Shown in pieces: positions 55,740 through 64,000 of a stretch of 64,000 nucleotides of DNA. The stretch comes from Candidatus Bathyarchaeota archaeon (GTDB taxonomy: Archaea > Thermoproteota > Bathyarchaeia > Bathyarchaeales > Bathycorpusculaceae): the NCBI GenBank assembly GCA_963702095.1, contig OY969706.1:1024001-1088000 (forward strand), written 5' to 3'. Below the pieces are notes generated by a model, which searched no databases, had not been told where the DNA came from, and saw only the letters and a program-made list of their open reading frames with translations. A program made the translations under genes and the position numbers. How positions within the stretch are numbered: the stretch's first letter is position 1; each line of letters opens with the position of its first letter.

Positions 55740-56450
55740 CTATAAAACCTTTGTTTCGTTTAGTAACTCAGTTGTTTTTTCAATAAGTAAATCTACAAGT
55801 TCCCCCCGCTCAACATAGTCAAATTCATAGACGATTCGAGTGTAGTCAACATAAGCACTATCAGTTCTGACAACATCGAGGATACAGGGATTTATCAATT
55901 GGTGAATATTTCTTAATCGTTTCAACTTGTCAGCAGCCGATTGGGGGTTTTCATTTGGTCTTATTTCTGGAAAGTCAGGGGTTGGAGCAAATCTGTAATA
56001 ATTCTGAAAAGGGTCCTGATAATCTCGGAGCTTTTCAAATCGAGGATTCATGGGTTTAACCTCTAAATGGTGAACTACACCATTTCGGAACACTTGTATG
56101 GTTTCATATAGACTCCTCCATTTTTCTCGAAGCGAAGGCGTAGGTGTAAACTTGCAGTTATCGGTCTCCGTTAGTTGATATCCTCTTTTATCTTGATGCA
56201 TTGCAGAATGGTTGTAACGAGTTGCGCGACAATCGGGTGTTCCATCGAAAATTTCTATGGTTGTCTCTCTGAGAACCGCAAGAATAGCAACATATGTCGG
56301 TAAGTCTGTGCCTTTAAGTGAGACCCAATCGTTCCTTACGGCGTCCCACCACTGCTTAGTTACTTCTAAACTTCGGCACCAATCATAACATATTTCACAT
56401 TTTAGCATACTAGAGCGATATGTGGCATACTGTTCATAGCATTTTCTCAA
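55740..56450 (-). CDS. Hypothetical protein with HEPN-like RxxxxH motif
   Basis: FRNGVVHH in a mainly helical protein; start uncertain. Confidence 0.5.
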   Translation of the reverse strand: MRKCYEQYATYRSSMLKCEICYDWCRSLEVTKQWWDAVRNDWVSLKGTDLPTYVAILAVLRETTIEIFDGTPDCRATRYNHSAMHQDKRGYQLTETDNCKFTPTPSLREKWRSLYETIQVFRNGVVHHLEVKPMNPRFEKLRDYQDPFQNYYRFAPTPDFPEIRPNENPQSAADKLKRLRNIHQLINPCILDVVRTDSAYVDYTRIVYEFDYVERGELVDLLIEKTTELLNETKVL

Positions 56451-56572
56451 ATTATCTGCCTAAGAGTCATTCAGAAAAGCCTGCTGATGAATTTATGGAA
56501 AAAGAGAAATACCAAGAATAGAGTTATGGATAGGTTATCCCAAGCATAGAATGCCCAGATTTCCTTTGAGTA

Positions 56573-58162
56573 ATGCTTGGAAAGGAAAATGAAATGCAGG
56601 ATAAATGTGAAAAAGAGGTTGACGACGCCTCATACGTAGTAGCGCTCGGATATTCTAACGTACCTCAAATTGTTAAAGAGAACCCTGTTATTGTAGTTGG
56701 AATATTAACAACAAAAAATTTAATGGATCAGTTAGAAAATGTGGAGTTCGATAAAAAAGAGAATGTAATTCATAGAAAAAATAGTCTTCTTGAACTCGAA
56801 GAAATAGCCGAAGATCTCTCAGAATACGTTCTTGAGTTTAGGGTTAAAATAATTGAGTCTATGACTCACCCCATTAGTGAGATAAAAGAAGTATATACTT
56901 CGATAATAAAAGACCTCATGGAAGGAACACTTTACCAATTCCAAAAAAGCATAGTTTACACTCGAAAGGTACTAGATTATGGCTTTGAGGAAAAGGAAAT
57001 TGCACCCGACCTTCCAAGTAATTCAAAAGTAATATATTGCCCGAAAAAGGATCCTAATAAATTCATAAGATTGGCAAGACTTCTTGCAAGACTTCACTAT
57101 GAAAGAGAAAAAACCATTACGTTATCAAGCGCTTTGGACCGAGTAAAAAGAAGTTACCCCAATAATTTCCAAATTGTTCGTATACGTTGGAATAGCCCGT
57201 CAATTGATGATTACAATGATCTTAACGTTGGCCCACCTTTTATGGTTATGAAGAAACCATTTGCAGCGCATTATGAAACTCAGTCCATTATGGTTGGTAA
57301 ACGGCTTAATATTTCACCTATCGCCCGTTTTTGCAGCGGGCAAGATAATGATGGCGAGATATCAAGATGTATACACAGTAATGGAAGCGAGAATCCATAC
57401 GGAGCTCTTGCAATTGACTCCTCTGGTGAGACGTGTGAAGATTGTTCCGCCCAGACGCGTTATCTAAAATGTGCGTACCAGAGACCTGCGTGCGATGGCA
57501 AGACCGTAGCCTGCAAAAATTATGCTTTTGCAGGAATTTTTTGTTTGGGTGCACACGCATTATATGTAACGCATTTTGGAAACACATTGAAAGTGGGAAC
57601 TGCTTTTGGAAGTAATGTAATCGGAAGATTACTAGAACAAGGTGCTGCTAGTGCTCTCGTAATATACCCAATTAATGGGGTAAAAATAGCAAGTGATCTT
57701 GAGCTAGCGATTACACGTTGCCTCAAAGAGAGGTTTATCCAAGGAACTGAACAATTGTGTGGTGGTGAGATTTCAAAGGTCGTATTTAAGGGACCGTCTA
57801 ATGAATACAGATTAAGTACTTTTCTACAAACATGGCATAATACTCGAGTTGAGATGTTGGAGGATATCCGTCGATACCTTTTCTCGGCAACTTTAAAGCT
57901 AGAGCAAGGTAACATCCATTTGAATAAAGCAAGCGTTGATTCCTCAATTGTTTCTTTAACTGATTGTTATGAGAATCCTGGTAACTCGTTTGAATTTGAA
58001 AAGAACTTAAAAGTAGTCAGAAAACGGTTCCAACAGTGTCAATCATCATTCACAGGCAAAGTTGTTGGATATAGAGGACCGTTTGTTTTTCTAGATTCAG
58101 GCAGTATATTAGATTTGAAAGCTATACAAGGCTTTGTGGTGGAGGGAAATTTAAGTGAGTGA
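56573..58162 (+). CDS. DUF2797-like Zn-binding protein with extra N-terminal domain
   Basis: RFCSG..C..CEDC, HALYV..LKVGT..RLLEQGA, GKVVGYRG..DLKAIQG; stop overlaps the pAgo start. Confidence 0.7.
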   Translation: MLGKENEMQDKCEKEVDDASYVVALGYSNVPQIVKENPVIVVGILTTKNLMDQLENVEFDKKENVIHRKNSLLELEEIAEDLSEYVLEFRVKIIESMTHPISEIKEVYTSIIKDLMEGTLYQFQKSIVYTRKVLDYGFEEKEIAPDLPSNSKVIYCPKKDPNKFIRLARLLARLHYEREKTITLSSALDRVKRSYPNNFQIVRIRWNSPSIDDYNDLNVGPPFMVMKKPFAAHYETQSIMVGKRLNISPIARFCSGQDNDGEISRCIHSNGSENPYGALAIDSSGETCEDCSAQTRYLKCAYQRPACDGKTVACKNYAFAGIFCLGAHALYVTHFGNTLKVGTAFGSNVIGRLLEQGAASALVIYPINGVKIASDLELAITRCLKERFIQGTEQLCGGEISKVVFKGPSNEYRLSTFLQTWHNTRVEMLEDIRRYLFSATLKLEQGNIHLNKASVDSSIVSLTDCYENPGNSFEFEKNLKVVRKRFQQCQSSFTGKVVGYRGPFVFLDSGSILDLKAIQGFVVEGNLSE

Positions 58163-60683
58163 TGACTATTCTTACGATTCGTACTTTTTAGAACTATTTG
58201 AGTTACAAACAGAGGAATTCTTGACCAGTTTTAGGGAATTACCCTTCTCACTATACCTTCCTCAACATTCAGAGAAAGTGCGCGCTCTATTTCCAAAAGA
58301 CTTCAAACGATTTGCATATTTTTCAGGGATGCTTGAATCGGGGGATTTTATTACCGCCTATATGGAGAAAAATCGTCAAGCATACCTTGTTTCTTCAAGT
58401 GATTTATCGACAAAACAATTTTTTGCGTTTGGAAGACAAGAATCCGATTATAAAGTTACCTTTAAAAAAATAGAAAACATTTCAGCTGCCGAGGTTTTGC
58501 AGCATGCTCCTTGGTTGATGGATCATTTTCTTTATTCATTCTTACGAAAGTCCATTCCTAATAACTTCAGATGCGAGGGTTCAGTGGCTTACGACATTAG
58601 TGCTGATTTACTTACTGGGAAAGAGGTCAAATCAACCAACGCACTTCTATCTAATTTGGCAGTATACCCCGCAGTAACCTTTTCAATTAACCACTATGGC
58701 GAAAAAATATATATTCATCTATCTCCGACCACCAGAATTTTGTCCAAAGCATCGATTCACAGGATTCAGCAGAATGCTGACTTCTCAAAAGACATAGTAA
58801 AGTATGTACGTTTAGATCTTGGCAAAATCAGCAGGTTTGCCGAAATTAAGGAAATCACCGAATTGCATAGTGATGTAAAAATTAATTCTGAAGCTTTTGG
58901 AAATAGAAATTTTCTTGAATTCGCTAGAGCCAATTACCCTGACATTCAACTGAACGATCCCAAAGCCAAATTGGCGATAGTTATTCCTTCGGGTTCTTCA
59001 AATTCATGGGTTTTCTCCTCAGAGGCCATGTATCCTTCATTCAATTTCCAAGCTATTGATGCTCTAGATCCCAAATTTTTTAAAAGCCTTCTTGGCATCA
59101 TAAAGGCTAGATCAGTAGCCAGATTGGAAAACGCAAGGCAGTTTGTTACAGCCATAAATCCGCTGAGTTCACCTTGCGGAGTAATTGAGATTAATGAAAC
59201 ACCTTTCACATCGAGAATATTGGTCAACGCTCCTTTCCTTCACAGCAATAAAATTGACGAAAGAAACCTCGAAAGACTCTCTGTGTCAGATGATGGCGCC
59301 GTTTTCGAGGCTCCATCAATTAGTTTAAGGGTTGCCGATAGCAAAGGTACATTCAGTGAAAAAACTATTTATCCGGGAATTGATCGTAAATTTGCTAATC
59401 TAAACGATTTGATGAAATGGCCAAATTTAGCACCTCTTGAGCCTATCCCCGAAATAAAAATTTGTTTGATAGTCGATAAAAAATTGGAAAATCAATGGAG
59501 CGCCGAGAAGGAAAACTTTAAACAAGCGTTGCTAAAAGGTGTGAATAATTACAAGTATTCATTTTCAGGGTTTGAGCAAACTTTTAAGTGCCCAATCGTG
59601 ATGTTGAATGAGTTTATAGTCGGCGACTTTTTTGGGGCTGAATTCGAAGAAGTTGTTAAGAAAATAAGTCCGGCTAACTTTGACTGCATTATTCTTATAA
59701 TTCCCCGATGGCTTGAATCAGCCCTTTCATCTAAGCAGATTTATTTGGTTCCAAAGGAAAAAATCATGCAAAAGGGCGTTCCAGTGCAGGTTATCGCAAA
59801 TGATCCAACTAGGGTAAAAGGAACGCTCAAGGATAAAGTTAGAGATCCATTTGTCATGTTTGGCTTGGCATTAAATATTGCTGCTAAACCTGGATATCGG
59901 CTTACTGCTTTCTCTAAAGAATTTGCTGACAAAATAATCGGAAACTCTGTAGTAATGGGCTATAACATAACGCGGATAACTCCTAAGTTGAGGAGTCTCG
60001 AACAAAACAGTACTTTAGAAGAGCGTATGGGTAAAACTATCCCTCTTGTAGCCCCACTCTTTATTATTGACAATAGAGGCTCTCGCATACTTCATTGGAA
60101 TTTTTATCAACCAACTTCCGAAGTAACGCTTTTTTCTGAGTTTGGTGATAAAATATTTAACAAAATTCCCAATGATGTTCAAAGGGTAATCATTCACAAA
60201 GACGGCCCCTTCAAGGATAATGAACTGAAGGTTCTTGAAAGTTTTAATACCGCCGACAGAAAAGTTATCCCCATCTCGATCACGCAATCAAATGCTTTGA
60301 GAATGCATAATGCATCGCATATAGGTGTAGGCAACGAGATTCAGCGTGGCGTCTTTCTAAAGTTGGATAACCGCAACTTCGAACTAGCAACAACGACTAT
60401 TCAAAGCTGGGACGCAACAAATTGGGGTTGGCCGCATCCTATTCACGTTCGAATACATGCAAATCAGGAATATGTTCAAAACCTGAAATTACTGTATCAT
60501 ATTTTCGCTCTTACTAAGATGCATTTTGGATCGCAACGTCCTACGCGGGCGCCAATTTCTATCCATTACGCAAATATGGTATCGACATTTCTACGTGCCC
60601 TTGGTGACGAAGCTCCTTCATTCCATCAAAGCTTCGAAAAAGTCTTTAATGAGAAGGGAAGAATGCCCTTATGGTTCCTTTAA
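58155..60683 (+). CDS. ago: Long prokaryotic Argonaute with degenerate catalytic tetrad
   Basis: MID pocket IYLVPK..GVPVQVI..NIAAKPG; PIWI VMGYNI, IIHKDG, GWPHPI, RAPISIHYAN; terminal PLWFL; L1/PAZ-like segments upstream; 842 aa. Confidence 0.85.
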   Translation: MSDDYSYDSYFLELFELQTEEFLTSFRELPFSLYLPQHSEKVRALFPKDFKRFAYFSGMLESGDFITAYMEKNRQAYLVSSSDLSTKQFFAFGRQESDYKVTFKKIENISAAEVLQHAPWLMDHFLYSFLRKSIPNNFRCEGSVAYDISADLLTGKEVKSTNALLSNLAVYPAVTFSINHYGEKIYIHLSPTTRILSKASIHRIQQNADFSKDIVKYVRLDLGKISRFAEIKEITELHSDVKINSEAFGNRNFLEFARANYPDIQLNDPKAKLAIVIPSGSSNSWVFSSEAMYPSFNFQAIDALDPKFFKSLLGIIKARSVARLENARQFVTAINPLSSPCGVIEINETPFTSRILVNAPFLHSNKIDERNLERLSVSDDGAVFEAPSISLRVADSKGTFSEKTIYPGIDRKFANLNDLMKWPNLAPLEPIPEIKICLIVDKKLENQWSAEKENFKQALLKGVNNYKYSFSGFEQTFKCPIVMLNEFIVGDFFGAEFEEVVKKISPANFDCIILIIPRWLESALSSKQIYLVPKEKIMQKGVPVQVIANDPTRVKGTLKDKVRDPFVMFGLALNIAAKPGYRLTAFSKEFADKIIGNSVVMGYNITRITPKLRSLEQNSTLEERMGKTIPLVAPLFIIDNRGSRILHWNFYQPTSEVTLFSEFGDKIFNKIPNDVQRVIIHKDGPFKDNELKVLESFNTADRKVIPISITQSNALRMHNASHIGVGNEIQRGVFLKLDNRNFELATTTIQSWDATNWGWPHPIHVRIHANQEYVQNLKLLYHIFALTKMHFGSQRPTRAPISIHYANMVSTFLRALGDEAPSFHQSFEKVFNEKGRMPLWFL

Positions 60684-60694
60684 GGTGAATAGAT

Positions 60695-61838
60695 ATGGTT
60701 GGTGGCGACACTGGAAAAGAAGGTATTGGTTATGAAGAATTGACTTTAGCGTTTCTCCTTTGTGGACCCTACGAAGTCGGCGCTTGTGAGTATGTTAACT
60801 TTGAAAGAGCAAGGGAATGGGAAATCAACCCTAAGCTTTTCAACTCAAAAATTCTCCAAATCCCATTTACAATTGATGTAGATTTTTTTATTAAAACGCC
60901 AGCTGTATACCATATTTTCTTCTGCAAAAGTTCAAGAAAGCTGGAAAAAAATAGCCCAAAAGAGTACTTTGAGAAAGCCCTCAGTACTTTTTGCGTTCTT
61001 GAAAGTCGTGGAAAAGAAAAATTTCAGGATAATTTTAAGTACTATTTCTTTTCCGACGCCATTCCTTGGCATTTAGTTAAGGATTTGCCAACTCGAGACA
61101 CTATCGAGCTCTCAGCAACGTTACTCAAATCAATGGGTTGTAAGAACACTGCAAAAAATAGGCAAATGTTTTCTCAACCGATTATAGCGGCAGTAAAACA
61201 AAAAACTAGATTTTGCCAGATTGACGAGGCGCTAATAAAAGAAAGAAAACCGCGTTTTCCTCAATTTGATGATATCGTCTCTCAGATTGCACAAGCTAAG
61301 CGTGAAGTTGAGCAAGCAATAAGTGCGCTTTTCCTCGGACTCTGTAGCTCAAGTATCTTTAGGTAAAGGTAGCAATCATTTAGGCAAACAATTCACTGTT
61401 GGAAAAACCACCTTCTCAATAGGAAATTATAAAAAAATACTTAGCGCTGCTAAATCATTTCAAAAGTCAAACAAAGAGCTAAAAATATTTGGTCACTTAA
61501 TTGATGAATTCAAGTTTTTAGGGAGTGACGAACCCGAAAGTATTGCAGGTATCTGTATTCTTTTTAATGACATTGTCTTCCCCCAAAATAATCTGGAAAT
61601 TTCGATGGCTATTACTCTAAATAATTACGATATTATTTTGTTCAAGCATAAGGAATTGTCAGACTTAATATGGGAAAAGTTGGATAGAAAACAAGGAAAA
61701 TACAACCTGTCTAATGTTAATGTACTTCGACAATTTGATGAAAAAACCGCTGTCGCTATTGCAATGCGAGCTTTTTCTAAAGGTCGATCAACCGATTTAA
61801 TGGAAAATAAATTCATTGTGCGAACCGACGAGATGTAG
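60695..61838 (+). CDS. PD-(D/E)xK-like protein downstream of pAgo (ORFs 60695-61366 and 61323-61838, probably one frameshifted gene)
   Basis: GIGYEE...IDVDFF...FFCKSS resembles a restriction-fold core; the two ORFs overlap by 44 bp across a T-run at ~61330. Confidence 0.5.
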
Positions 61839-61939
61839 TAGACGTGTATTTCTAATTCTAATCTAATTTATATACAAAATACTGACTACATTATACAAAT
61901 CTAACGATTTGCTAGAAAAACTATGGAAGTTCAAGAGCA

Positions 61940-64000
61940 ATGAGTTATTTTTGCAAAAACGTTGATAAGATTAAGCTGATGCAGAAAAGCGTTCCTACTG
62001 ACAAGGGTCTAAGAGAGTGCCAAATTGGTGCCTACTGGGCTGTTAATGCTCATTTTACATCTTCAGATGAACCTGCTCTTGTTGTAATGCCAACGGGTTC
62101 CGGAAAAACTGCATTAATAGAATTGTTGTCTTTTGGGTTAAAAGCAAAACGCGTACTTGTAATTACTCCGGGTGCTGTACTGCGTGATCAGTTAAAGGAT
62201 AACTTTCATGAGCTTACTGATTTAGTTGGACAAGGCATCCTTCCAGATGATATTGAGAAGCCAAAGGTTGACTGCCAAAATACTGTAATTACGTCAAAGG
62301 ATCAATGGGAACAACTCGAGAATTGTGATGTTATCGTATGCACACCGCATTCAATCAGCCCTAAGTATCATAAAGCAATTGCTCCTCCACCGGAAGGATT
62401 TTTCGATGTTGTCTTTTTCGACGAAGCACACCATATTAGGGCACCAAGCTGGGAAGAACTGCTTGGAATGTTTGGATCAAGCAAAAAAGTCCTCTTAACG
62501 GCCACTCCTTTCAGGCTTGACCAACTAAAAATGCTCGGTCGTATGATCTACAATTATCCGATTGAACGAGCAGTACAGAATAAAATTTACCAAAAAATAG
62601 AGTACCATAAAGTAGAAGTAGCAAATCCAGACGATCGGAATAGAGCCCTTTGCGATACAGTAAAAATAATTATGGGAGAAGAGAAAGAAAACGGTTTGAA
62701 ACCAAAAATTTTAGTACGAACCGATAAAGTGAAGAAATCAGATGCCCTAATTAAATTATACGCCGAAAATGGATTAAAAATCCGTAAAGTAGATTACACT
62801 CAAAATATGAATGCAAACAAAGCAGTTTTAACTAACCTTAAAGATGATAAAATAGATGGTATAGTTTGTGTGGGCATGCTTGGTGAGGGTATTGATATTC
62901 CTGCCCTCAAAATAGCAGTTTTACATGACCCCCCTAAATCCTTTCCACTCACCATTCAATTTATAGGCAGAATCTGTAGACCTAATGAAGCAAAAAAAGC
63001 ACATGTTGTTGCAGATCCTAAGCAAATAATTGAACGGGACACAAGTGATGAACTACGCCGCCTGTATGGATATGATAAAAAAGGTTGGCATGACCTCATT
63101 CCCGATATGGTTGACGAAGTGGTAGGTCGTGAGACAGAGATTCTTAGTTTGCCCTACCAAATCGGAAGTGGCCCATAAACGCCCAAGACATCAAACCATT
63201 TTACAGCGTTCAAATATATTCTTTGCAACCAGAGACCCTTAATTTAGATACTACCTGTAATTTTGCCGATGATGACATAGCAGTCTTCAAGCTACCGACA
63301 GCCAACGCCAATCTAAGAGTGTTTATCACTCAAAGAATAACTTCTCCTGCATGGGCTTCCAACTTAAGTAAAATCCGTGCTTTAACTTTTGATCTGCATT
63401 TATATTATTACCTGCCCGCAATAGGCTTTTTATTCGAATCAACAACTTTCAATCCTATCTCAGAAGAGATAAGGTATTCAATGACCAATGGACAGGAGCA
63501 AAAACTTCCTAGTGAGGAATTGGTTAAAGCCCTGAGATGTGCAGACCATTTAAACTTTAATATGTTAGGATTAGCGAGCGCTATTGGTTCTAGCCCGTCA
63601 ATTCCAAGTTATAAAACGTTAATGGGCAAGGAGGTCGAAGCTTCGATCGTTCCCACCGACTCACACATATTTATTCCAGGTCACGCTCTTGCAAGGAAAA
63701 AGACTGGCGAAACTATTGGCTTTTCATCATTTCAGGGGAAAATTTGGTCATTAAAGCGTGGAACAATCACACAATTCATTTCATGGTGCAATGAAGTTGC
63801 AGCTAACATTAATATGACTGCAGAAGTTTATTCGCTTCGCGATATTCCCTATCTGAATCCCATTAAAACGGCATGGAGCTTTTCAAGTAAGCCAATCGTA
63901 GTTACGGTGGACCCACATATTTCTGAGTATATAGCAACAATTATTCATCATGAGAGCGGGAAAGAAGACAACTCGATTATTTTTGGGGACCCAATTTTTG
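61940..64000 (+). CDS. SF2 (ResIII-like) helicase, frameshifted near 63170 and running off the window
   Basis: MPTGSGKT, DEAHH, TATPFR, EGIDIP, QFIGRICR in 61940-63178; another frame continues from ~63172 (PINAQDIKPFYSV...SYKTLMG...KIWS...FISWC) with no stop seen towards the window end. Confidence 0.8.

Larger units (their letters stand above)
42543..64000. mobile_element. Integrative element 2 (right boundary outside window)
   Basis: Same att-integrase-partner gene arrangement as element 1; transporter and defence cargo. Confidence 0.65.

Noticed and set aside
1-64000. CRISPR array or cas genes
   Set aside because: No regularly spaced repeat series seen; the repeats found are two-copy and dispersed.

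Overview
Archaeal-looking window (lineage not provable; Bathyarchaeia is only a guess from gene style). About 2.5 kb of ordinary host genes (methyltransferase, membrane protein, thioredoxin, HTH regulator) are followed by two related integrative elements in tandem. Each starts with a 15-bp direct repeat (2595-2609, 42543-42557) resembling a tRNA 3' end, next to a ~500-aa tyrosine integrase. Element 1 (~40 kb) is a defence island: a DISARM-related SNF2/N6-MTase/DUF1998-helicase trio, a RecD2-like helicase-nuclease, a second SNF2 helicase, a sacsin-type ATPase-HNH, EVE-like and TGT-like proteins, MazF with an unusual antitoxin, a 1976-aa sugar dehydrogenase/glycosyltransferase/kinase/methyltransferase fusion plus SLOG gene, and a PD-(D/E)xK pair. 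Element 2 runs off the right end. It carries two repeat-bounded ABC-transporter cassettes, a PIN toxin-antitoxin pair, a Hel308-nuclease fusion, a HEPN-like gene and, as the best candidate for a new system, an operon with a full-length, apparently catalytically inactive prokaryotic Argonaute between a DUF2797-like Zn protein, a PD-(D/E)xK-like protein and an SF2 helicase. Several genes carry 1-bp frameshifts (assembly error or decay). All domain calls are from motifs read by eye, not from database searches.
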